A DNA stretch of 64,000 bases, taken from the NCBI RefSeq assembly GCF_009914755.1, contig NC_060940.1, one strand, 5' to 3'. Shown piece by piece: positions 13,401-25,400 of the stretch (within the stretch, counting starts at the first letter, position 1; every line of letters starts with the position of its first letter). This DNA is from the human T2T-CHM13v2.0 reference genome, Homo sapiens. The notes under the pieces were generated by a model, which was given only the letters and a program-made list of their open reading frames with translations, ran no database searches and was not told where the DNA came from. The translations under genes were made by a program, and so were the position numbers.

Positions 13401-16400
13401 CAGTTTTGAGACACTCTTTTGGTGGAATTTGTAAGTGGAGAATTCAGCCGCTTTGAGGTCAACGGTAGAAAAGGAAATATCTTCGTATAAAAACTAGACA
13501 GAATGATTCTCAGAAACTGTTTTGTGATGTGTGCGTTCAACTCACAGAGTTTAACCTTTCTTTTCAAAGAGCAGTTAGGAAACACTCTGTTTGTAAAGTC
13601 TGCAAGTGGATATTCAGACCTCTTTGAGGCCTTCGTTGGAAACGGGATTTCTTCATATTATGCTAGACAGATGAATTCTCAGTAACTTCCTTGTGTTGTG
13701 TGTATTCAACTCACAGAGTTGAACGATCCTTTACACAGAGCAGATTTGAAACACTGTTTTTCTGGAATTTGCAAGTGGAGATTTCAGCCGCTTTGAGGTC
13801 AATGGTAGAAAAGGAAATATCTTCGTATAAAAACTAGACAGAATGATTCTCAGAAACTCCTTTGTGATGTGTGCGTTCAACTCACAGGGTTTAACCTTTC
13901 TTTTCACAGAGCAGTTAGGAAACACTCTGTTTGTGAAGCCTGCCAGTGGATATTCGGACCTCTTTGAGGCCTTCGTTGGAAACGGGATTTCTTCATATTA
14001 TGCTAGACAGAAGATTTCTCAGTAACTTCTTTGTGTTGTGTGTATGCAACTCACAGAGTTCAACCTTCCTTTAGACAGAGCAGATTTGAAACACTCTTTT
14101 TGTGGAATTTGCAAGTGGAGATTTCAAGCGCTTCGATGCCAATGGTAGAAAAGGAAATATCTTCGTATAAAAACAAGACAAACTCGTTCCCAGACACTGC
14201 GTAGTGATGTGTGTGTTTAACTCACAGAGTTTAACCTTTCTTTTCATACAGCATTCTGGAAACCCTGTGTTTGTAAAGTCTGCAAGTGGATATTTGGACC
14301 TCTTAGATGCCTTCGTTGGAAACGGGATTTCTTCATATAATGCTAGAGGGAAGAATTCTTAGTAACTTCTTTTTGTTGTGTGTATTCAACTGACAGAGTT
14401 GAACCTTCCTTTAGACAGAGCAGATTTGAAAGTCTCTTTTTGTGGAATTTGCAAGTGGAGATTTCAAGCGCTTTGAGGCCAAAAGCAGAAAAGGAAATAT
14501 TTTCCTATAAAAACTCGACAGAATCTTTCTCAGAAACTGCTCTGGGATGTGTGCGTTCAACTCACAGAGTTTAACTTTTCTTTTCATTCAGCAGTTTGGA
14601 AACACTCTGTTTGGAAAGTCTGCACGTGGATATTTTGACCTCTTTGAGGCCTTCGTTGGAAACGGGTTTTTTTCATGTAAGGCTAGACAGAAGAAATCTC
14701 AGTAACTTCCTTGTGTTGTGTGTATTCAACTGACAGAGTTGAACCTTCCTTTAGACAGAGCAGATTCGAAACACTCTTTTTCTGCAATTTGCAAGTGGAG
14801 ACTTCAAGCGCTTTGAGGCCAAAGGCAGAAAAGGAAATATCTTCGTATAAAAACCCGACAGAATCATTCTCAGAAACTGCTCTGTGATGTGTGCGTTCAA
14901 CTCACAGAGTTTAACTTTTCTTTTCATTCAGCAGTTTGGAAACACTCTGTTTGTAAAGTCTGCAAGTGGATATCTTGGCCTCTTAGAGGCCTTCGTTGGA
15001 AACGGGTTTTTTCATGTAAGGATAGACACAGGAATTCCCAGTAACTTCCTTGTGTTGTGTGCATTCAACTCACAGAGTTGAATGATTCTTTACACAGAGC
15101 AGTTTTGAGACACTCTTTTGGTGGAATTTGTAAGTGGAGAATTCAGCCGCTTTGAGGTCAACGGTAGAAAAGGAAATATCTTCGTATAAAAACTAGACAG
15201 AATGATTCTCAGAAACTGTTTTGTGATGTGTGCGTTCAACTCACAGAGTTTAACCTTTCTTTTCAAAGAGCAGTTAGGAAACACTCTGTTTGTAAAGTCT
15301 GCAAGAGGATATTCAGACCTCTTTGAGGCCTTCGTTGGAAACGGGATTTCTTCATATTATGCTAGACAGATGAATTCTCAGTAACTTCCTTGTGTTGTGT
15401 GTATTCAACTCACAGAGTTGAACGATCCTTTACACAGAGCAGATTTGAAACACTGTTTTTCTGGAATTTGCAAGTGGAGATTTCAGCCGCTTTGAGGTCA
15501 ATGGTAGAAAAGGAAATATCTTCGTATAAAAACTAGACAGAATGATTCTCAGAAACTCCTTTGTGATGTGTGCGTTCAACTCACAGAGTTTAACCTTTCT
15601 TTTCACAGAGCAGTTAGGAAACACTCTGTTTGTGAAGCCTGCCAGTGGATATTCGGACCTCTTTGAGGCCTTCGTTGGAAACGGGATTTCTTCATATTAT
15701 GCTATTCAGAAGATTTCTCAGTAACTTCTTTGTGTTGTGTGTATGCAACTCACAGAGTTCAACCTTCCTTTAGACAGAGCAGATTTGAAACACTCTTTTT
15801 GTGGAATTTGCAAGTGGAGATTTCAAGCGCTTCGATGCCAATGGTAGAAAAGGAAATATCTTCGTATAAAAACAAGACAAACTCGTTCCCAGACACTGCG
15901 TAGTGATGTGTGTGTTTAACTCACAGAGTTTAACCTTTCTTTTCATACAGCATTCTGGAAACCCTGTGTTTGTAAAGTCTGCAAGTGGATATTTGGACCT
16001 CTTAGATGCCTTCGTTGGAAACGGGATTTCTTCATATAATGCTAGAGGGAAGAATTCTTAGTAACTTCTTTGTGTTGTGTGTATTCAACTGACAGAGTTG
16101 AACCTTCCTTTAGACAGAGCAGATTTGAAAGTCTCTTTTTGTGGAATTTGCAAGTGGAGATTTCAAGCGCTTTGAGGCCAAAAGCAGAAAAGGAAATATT
16201 TTCCTATAAAAACTCGACAGAATCTTTCTCAGAAACTGCTCTGGGATGTGTGCGTTCAACTCACAGAGTTTAACTTTTCTTTTCATTCAGCAGTTTGGAA
16301 ACACTCTGTTTGGAAAGTCTGCACGTGGATATTTTGACCTCTTTGAGGCCTTCGTTGGAAACGGGTTTTTTTCATGTAAGGCTAGACAGAAGAAATCTCA

Positions 16401-19400
16401 GTAACTTCCTTGTGTTGTCTGTATTCAACTGACAGAGTTGAACCTTCCTTTAGACAGAGCAGATTCGAAACACTCTTTTTCTGCAATTTGCAAGTGGAGA
16501 CTTCAAGCGCTTTGAGGCCAAAGGCAGAAAAGGAAATATCTTCGTATAAAAACCCGACAGAATCATTCTCAGAAACTGCTCTGTGATGTGTGCGTTCAAC
16601 TCACAGAGTTTAACTTTTCTTTTCATTCAGCAGTTTGGAAACACTCTGTTTGTAAAGTCTGCAAGTGGATATCTTGGCCTCTTAGAGGCCTTCGTTGGAA
16701 ACGGGTTTTTTCATGTAAGGATAGACAGAGGAATTCCCAGTAACTTCCTTGTGTTGTGTGCATTCAACTCACAGAGTTGAATGATTCTTTACACAGAGCA
16801 GATTTGAGACACTCTTTTGGTGGAATTTGTAAGTGGAGAATTCAGCCGCTTTGAGGTCAACGGTAGAAAAGGAAATATCTTCGTATAAAAACTAGACAGA
16901 ATGATTCTCAGAAACTGTTTTGTGATGTGTGCGTTCAACTCACAGAGTTTAACCTTTCTTTTCAAAGAGCAGTTAGGAAACACTCTGTTTGTAAAGTCTG
17001 CAAGTGGATATTCAGACCTCTTTGAGGCCTTCGTTGGAAACGGGATTTCTTCATATTATGCTAGACAGATGAATTCTCAGTAACTTCCTTGTGTTGTGTG
17101 TATTCAACTCACAGAGTTGAACGATCCTTTACACAGAGCAGATTTGAAACACTGTTTTTCTGGAATTTGCAAGTGGAGATTTCAGCCGCTTTGAGGTCAA
17201 TGGTAGAAAAGGAAATATCTTCGTATAAAAACTAGACAGAATGATTCTCAGAAACTCCTTTGTGATGTGTGCGTTCAACTCACAGAGTTTAACCTTTCTT
17301 TTCACAGAGCAGTTAGGAAACACTCTGTTTGTGAAGCCTGCCAGTGGATATTCGGACCTCTTTGAGGCCTTCGTTGGAAACGGGATTTCTTCATATTATG
17401 CTAGACAGAAGATTTCTCAGTAACTTCTTTGTGTTGTGTGTATGCAACTCACAGAGTTCAACCTTCCTTTAGACAGAGCAGATTTGAAACACTCTTTTTG
17501 TGGAATTTGCAAGTGGAGATTTCAAGCGCTTCGATGCCAATGGTAGAAAAGGAAATATCTTCGTATAAAAACAAGACAAACTCGTTCCCAGACACTGCGT
17601 AGTGATGTGTGTGTTTAACTCACAGAGTTTAACCTTTCTTTTCATACAGCATTCTGGAAACCCTCTGTTTGTAAAGTCTGCAAGTGGATATTTGGACCTC
17701 TTAGATGCCTTCGTTGGAAACGGGATTTCTTCATATAATGCTAGAGGGAAGAATTCTTAGTAACTTCTTTGTGTTGTGTGTATTCAACTGACAGAGTTGA
17801 ACCTTCCTTTAGACAGAGCAGATTTGAAAGTCTCTTTTTGTGGAATTTGCAAGTGGAGATTTCAAGCGCTTTGAGGCCAAAAGCAGAAAAGGAAATATTT
17901 TCCTATAAAAACTCGACAGAATCTTTCTCAGAAACTGCTCTGGGATGTGTGCGTTCAACTCACAGAGTTTAACTTTTCTTTTCATTCAGCAGTTTGGAAA
18001 CACTCTGTTTGGAAAGTCTGCACGTGGATATTTTGACCTCTTTGAGGCCTTCGTTGGAAACGGGTTTTTTTCATGTAAGGCTAGACAGAAGAAATCTCAG
18101 TAACTTCCTTGTGTTGTGTGTATTCAACTGACAGAGTTGAACCTTCCTTTAGACAGAGCAGATTCGAAACACTCTTTTTCTGCAATTTGCAAGTGGAGAC
18201 TTCAAGCGCTTTGAGGCCAAAGGCAGAAAAGGAAATATCTTCGTATAAAAACCCGACAGAATCATTCTCAGAAACTGCTCTGTGATGTGTGCGTTCAACT
18301 CACAGAGTTTAACTTTTCTTTTCATTCAGCAGTTTGGAAACACTCTGTTTGTAAAGTCTGCAAGTGGATATCTTGGCCTCTTAGAGGCCTTCGTTGGAAA
18401 CGGGTTTTTTCATGTAAGGATAGACAGAGGAATTCCCAGTAACTTCCTTGTGTTGTGTGCATTCAACTCACAGAGTTGAATGATTCTTTACACAGAGCAG
18501 TTTTGAGACACTCTTTTGGTGGAATTTGTAAGTGGAGAATTCAGCCGCTTTGAGGTCAACGGTAGAAAAGGAAATATCTTCGTATAAAAACTAGACAGAA
18601 TGATTCTCAGAAACTGTTTTGTGATGTGTGCGTTCAACTCACAGAGTTTAACCTTTCTTTTCAAAGAGCAGTTAGGAAACACTCTGTTTGTAAAGTCTGC
18701 AAGTGGATATTCAGACCTCTTTGAGGCCTTCGTTGGAAACGGGATTTCTTCATATTATGCTAGACAGATGAATTCTCAGTAACTTCCTTGTGTTGTGTGT
18801 ATTCAACTCACAGAGTTGAACGATCCTTTACACAGAGCAGATTTGAAACACTGTTTTTCTGGAATTTGCAAGTGGAGATTTCAGCCGCTTTGAGGTCAAT
18901 GGTAGAAAAGGAAATATCTTCGTATAAAAACTAGACAGAATGATTCTCAGAAACTCCTTTGTGATGTGTGCGTTCAACTCACAGGGTTTAACCTTTCTTT
19001 TCACAGAGCAGTTAGGAAACACTCTGTTTGTGAAGCCTGCCAGTGGATATTCGGACCTCTTTGAGGCCTTCGTTGGAAACGGGATTTCTTCATATTATGC
19101 TATTCAGAAGATTTCTCAGTAACTTCTTTGTGTTGTGTGTATGCAACTCACAGAGTTCAACCTTCCTTTAGACAGAGCAGATTTGAAACACTCTTTTTGT
19201 GGAATTTGCAAGTGGAGATTTCAAGCGCTTCGATGCCAATGGTAGAAAAGGAAATATCTTCGTATAAAAACAAGACAAACTCGTTCCCAGACACTGCGTA
19301 GTGATGTGTGTGTTTAACTCACAGAGTTTAACCTTTCTTTTCATACAGCATTCTGGAAACCCTGTGTTTGTAAAGTCTGCAAGTGGATATTTGGACCTCT

Positions 19401-22400
19401 TAGATGCCTTCGTTGGAAACGGGATTTCTTCATATAATGCTAGAGGGAAGAATTCTTAGTAACTTCTTTGTGTTGTGTGTATTCAACTGACAGAGTTGAA
19501 CCTTCCTTTAGACAGAGCAGATTTGAAAGTCTCTTTTTGTGGAATTTGCAAGTGGAGATTTCAAGCGCTTTGAGGCCAAAAGCAGAAAAGGAAATATTTT
19601 CCTATAAAAACTCGACAGAATCTTTCTCAGAAACTGCTCTGGGATGTGTGCGTTCAACTCACAGAGTTTAACTTTTCTTTTCATTCAGCAGTTTGGAAAC
19701 ACTCTGTTTGGAAAGTCTGCACGTGGATATTTTGACCTCTTTGAGGCCTTCGTTGGAAACGGGTTTTTTTCATGTAAGGCTAGACAGAAGAAATCTCAGT
19801 AACTTCCTTGTGTTGTCTGTATTCAACTGACAGAGTTGAACCTTCCTTTAGACAGAGCAGATTCGAAACACTCTTTTTCTGCAATTTGCAAGTGGAGACT
19901 TCAAGCGCTTTGAGGCCAAAGGCAGAAAAGGAAATATCTTCGTATAAAAACCCGACAGAATCATTCTCAGAAACTGCTCTGTGATGTGTGCGTTCAACTC
20001 ACAGAGTTTAACTTTTCTTTTCATTCAGCAGTTTGGAAACACTCTGTTTGTAAAGTCTGCAAGTGGATATCTTGGCCTCTTAGAGGCCTTCGTTGGAAAC
20101 GGGTTTTTTCATGTAAGGATAGACAGAGGAATTCCCAGTAACTTCCTTGTGTTGTGTGCATTCAACTCACAGAGTTGAATGATTCTTTACACAGAGCAGA
20201 TTTGAGACACTCTTTTGGTGGAATTTGTAAGTGGAGAATTCAGCCGCTTTGAGGTCAACGGTAGAAAAGGAAATATCTTCGTATAAAAACTAGACAGAAT
20301 GATTCTCAGAAACTGTTTTGTGATGTGTGCGTTCAACTCACAGAGTTTAACCTTTCTTTTCAAAGAGCAGTTAGGAAACACTCTGTTTGTAAAGTCTGCA
20401 AGTGGATATTCAGACCTCTTTGAGGCCTTCGTTGGAAACGGGATTTCTTCATATTATGCTAGACAGATGAATTCTCAGTAACTTCCTTGTGTTGTGTGTA
20501 TTCAACTCACAGAGTTGAACGATCCTTTACACAGAGCAGATTTGAAACACTGTTTTTCTGGAATTTGCAAGTGGAGATTTCAGCCGCTTTGAGGTCAATG
20601 GTAGAAAAGGAAATATCTTCGTATAAAAACTAGACAGAATGATTCTCAGAAACTCCTTTGTGATGTGTGCGTTCAACTCACAGAGTTTAACCTTTCTTTT
20701 CACAGAGCAGTTAGGAAACACTCTGTTTGTGAAGCCTGCCAGTGGATATTCGGACCTCTTTGAGGCCTTCGTTGGAAACGGGATTTCTTCATATTATGCT
20801 AGACAGAAGATTTCTCAGTAACTTCTTTGTGTTGTGTGTATGCAACTCACAGAGTTCAACCTTCCTTTAGACAGAGCAGATTTGAAACACTCTTTTTGTG
20901 GAATTTGCAAGTGGAGATTTCAAGCGCTTCGATGCCAATGGTAGAAAAGGAAATATCTTCGTATAAAAACAAGACAAACTCGTTCCCAGACACTGCGTAG
21001 TGATGTGTGTGTTTAACTCACAGAGTTTAACCTTTCTTTTCATACAGCATTCTGGAAACCCTGTGTTTGTAAAGTCTGCAAGTGGATATTTGGACCTCTT
21101 AGATGCCTTCGTTGGAAACGGGATTTCTTCATATAATGCTAGAGGGAAGAATTCTTAGTAACTTCTTTGTGTTGTGTGTATTCAACTGACAGAGTTGAAC
21201 CTTCCTTTAGACAGAGCAGATTTGAAAGTCTCTTTTTGTGGAATTTGCAAGTGGAGATTTCAAGCGCTTTGAGGCCAAAAGCAGAAAAGGAAATATTTTC
21301 CTATAAAAACTCGACAGAATCTTTCTCAGAAACTGCTCTGGGATGTGTGCGTTCAACTCACAGAGTTTAACTTTTCTTTTCATTCAGCAGTTTGGAAACA
21401 CTCTGTTTGGAAAGTCTGCACGTGGATATTTTGACCTCTTTGAGGCCTTCGTTGGAAACGGGTTTTTTTCATGTAAGGCTAGACAGAAGAAATCTCAGTA
21501 ACTTCCTTGTGTTGTGTGTATTCAACTGACAGAGTTGAACCTTCCTTTAGACAGAGCAGATTCGAAACACTCTTTTTCTGCAATTTGCAAGTGGAGACTT
21601 CAAGCGCTTTGAGGCCAAAGGCAGAAAAGGAAATATCTTCGTATAAAAACCCGACAGAATCATTCTCAGAAACTGCTCTGTGATGTGTGCGTTCAACTCA
21701 CAGAGTTTAACTTTTCTTTTCATTCAGCAGTTTGGAAACACTCTGTTTGTAAAGTCTGCAAGTGGATATCTTGGCCTCTTAGAGGCCTTCGTTGGAAACG
21801 GGTTTTTTCATGTAAGGTTAGACAGAGGAATTCCCAGTAACTTCCTTGTGTTGTGTGCATTCAACTCACAGAGTTGAATGATTCTTTACACAGAGCAGAT
21901 TTGAGACACTCTTTTGGTGGAATTTGTAAGTGGAGAATTCAGCCGCTTTGAGGTCAACGGTAGAAAAGGAAATATCTTCGTATAAAAACTAGACAGAATG
22001 ATTCTCAGAAACTGTTTTGTGATGTGTGCGTTCAACTCACAGAGTTTAACCTTTCTTTTCAAAGAGCAGTTAGGAAACACTCTGTTTGTAAAGTCTGCAA
22101 GTGGATATTCAGACCTCTTTGAGGCCTTCGTTGGAAACGGGATTTCTTCATATTATGCTAGACAGATGAATTCTCAGTAACTTCCTTGTGTTGTGTGTAT
22201 TCAACTCACAGAGTTGAACGATCCTTTACACAGAGCAGATTTGAAACACTGTTTTTCTGGAATTTGCAAGTGGAGATTTCAGCCGCTTTGAGGTCAATGG
22301 TAGAAAAGGAAATATCTTCGTATAAAAACTAGACAGAATGATTCTCAGAAACTCCTTTGTGATGTGTGCGTTCAACTCACAGAGTTTAACCTTTCTTTTC

Positions 22401-25400
22401 ACAGAGCAGTTAGGAAACACTCTGTTTGTGAAGCCTGCCAGTGGATATTCGGACCTCTTTGAGGCCTTCGTTGGAAACGGGATTTCTTCATATTATGCTA
22501 GACAGAAGATTTCTCAGTAACTTCTTTGTGTTGTGTGTATGCAACTCACAGAGTTCAACCTTCCTTTAGACAGAGCAGATTTGAAACACTCTTTTTGTGG
22601 AATTTGCAAGTGGAGATTTCAAGCGCTTCGATGCCAATGGTAGAAAAGGAAATATCTTCGTATAAAAACAAGACAAACTCGTTCCCAGACACTGCGTAGT
22701 GATGTGTGTGTTTAACTCACAGAGTTTAACCTTTCTTTTCATACAGCATTCTGGAAACCCTGTGTTTGTAAAGTCTGCAAGTGGATATTTGGACCTCTTA
22801 GATGCCTTCGTTGGAAACGGGATTTCTTCATATAATGCTAGAGGGAAGAATTCTTAGTAACTTCTTTGTGTTGTGTGTATTCAACTGACAGAGTTGAACC
22901 TTCCTTTAGACAGAGCAGATTTGAAAGTCTCTTTTTGTGGAATTTGCAAGTGGAGATTTCAAGCGCTTTGAGGCCAAAAGCAGAAAAGGAAATATTTTCC
23001 TATAAAAACTAGACAGAATCTTTCTCAGAAACTGCTCTGGGATGTGTGCGTTCAACTCACAGAGTTTAACTTTTCTTTTCATTCAGCAGTTTGGAAACAC
23101 TCTGTTTGGAAAGTCTGCACGTGGATATTTTGACCTCTTTGAGGCCTTCGTTGGAAACGGGTTTTTTTCATGTAAGGCTAGACAGAAGAAATCTCAGTAA
23201 CTTCCTTGTGTTGTGTGTATTCAACTGACAGAGTTGAACCTTCCTTTAGACAGAGCAGATTCGAAACACTCTTTTTCTGCAATTTGCAAGTGGAGACTTC
23301 AAGCGCTTTGAGGCCAAAGGCAGAAAAGGAAATATCTTCGTATAAAAACCCGACAGAATCATTCTCAGAAACTGCTCTGTGATGTGTGCGTTCAACTCAC
23401 AGAGTTTAACTTTTCTTTTCATTCAGCAGTTTGGAAACACTCTGTTTGTAAAGTCTGCAAGTGGATATCTTGGCCTCTTAGAGGCCTTCGTTGGAAACGG
23501 GTTTTTTCATGTAAGGTTAGACAGAGGAATTCCCACTAACTTCCTTGTGTTGTGTGCATTCAACTCACAGAGTTGAATGATTCTTTACACAGAGCAGATT
23601 TGAGACACTCTTTTGGTGGAATTTGTAAGTGGAGAATTCAGCCGCTTTGATGTCAACGGTAGAAAAGGAAATATCTTCGTATAAAAACTAGACAGAATGA
23701 TTCTCAGAAACTGTTTTGTGATGTGTGCTTTCAACTCACAGAGTTTAACCTTTCTTTTCAAAGAGCAGTTAGGAAACACTCTGTTTGTAAAGTCTGCAAG
23801 TGGATATTCAGACCTCTTTGAGGCCTTCGTTGGAAACGGGATTTCTTCATATTATGCTAGACAGATGAATTCTCAGTAACTTCCTTGTGTTGTGTGTATT
23901 CAACTCACAGAGTTGAACGATCCTTTACACAGAGCAGATTTGAAACACTGTTTTTCTGGAATTTGCAAGTGGAGATTTCAGCCGCTTTGAGGTCAATGGT
24001 AGAAAAGGAAATATCTTCGTATAAAAACTAGACAGAATGATTCTCAGAAACTCCTTTGTGATGTGTGCGTTCAACTCACAGAGTTTAACCTTTCTTTTCA
24101 CAGAGCAGTTAGGAAACACTCTGTTTGTGAAGCCTGCCAGTGGATATTCGGACCTCTTTGAGGCCTTCGTTGGAAACGGGATTTCTTCATATTATGCTAT
24201 TCAGAAGATTTCTCAGTAACTTCTTTGTGTTGTGTGTATGCAACTCACAGAGTTCAACCTTCCTTTAGACAGAGCAGATTTGAAACACTCTTTTTGTGGA
24301 ATTTGCAAGTGGAGATTTCAAGCGCTTCGATGCCAATGGTAGAAAAGGAAATATCTTCGTATAAAAACAAGACAAACTCGTTCCCAGACACTGCGTAGTG
24401 ATGTGTGTGTTTAACTCACAGAGTTTAACCTTTCTTTTCATACAGCATTCTGGAAACCCTGTGTTTGTAAAGTCTGCAAGTGGATATTTGGACCTCTTAG
24501 ATGCCTTCGTTGGAAACGGGATTTCTTCATATAATGCTAGAGGGAAGAATTCTTAGTAACTTCTTTGTGTTGTGTGTATTCAACTGACAGAGTTGAACCT
24601 TCCTTTAGACAGAGCAGATTTGAAAGTCTCTTTTTGTGGAATTTGCAAGTGGAGATTTCAAGCGCTTTGAGGCCAAAAGCAGAAAAGGAAATATTTTCCT
24701 ATAAAAACTCGACAGAATCTTTCTCAGAAACTGCTCTGGGATGTGTGCGTTCAACTCACAGAGTTTAACTTTTCTTTTCATTCAGCAGTTTGGAAACACT
24801 CTGTTTGGAAAGTCTGCACGTGGATATTTTGACCTCTTTGAGGCCTTCGTTGGAAACGGGTTTTTTTCATGTAAGGCTAGACAGAAGAAATCTCAGTAAC
24901 TTCCTTGTGTTGTGTGTATTCAACTGACAGAGTTGAACCTTCCTTTAGACAGAGCAGATTCGAAACACTCTTTTTCTGCAATTTGCAAGTGGAGACTTCA
25001 AGCGCTTTGAGGCCAAAGGCAGAAAAGGAAATATCTTCGTATAAAAACCCGACAGAATCATTCTCAGAAACTGCTCTGTGATGTGTGCGTTCAACTCACA
25101 GAGTTTAACTTTTCTTTTCATTCAGCAGTTTGGAAACACTCTGTTTGTAAAGTCTGCAAGTGGATATCTTGGCCTCTTAGAGGCCTTCGTTGGAAACGGG
25201 TTTTTTCATGTAAGGATAGACAGAGGAATTCCCAGTAACTTCCTTGTGTTGTGTGCATTCAACTCACAGAGTTGAATGATTCTTTACACAGAGCAGATTT
25301 GAGACACTCTTTTGGTGGAATTTGTAAGTGGAGAATTCAGCCGCTTTGAGGTCAACGGTAGAAAAGGAAATATCTTCGTATAAAAACTAGACAGAATGAT

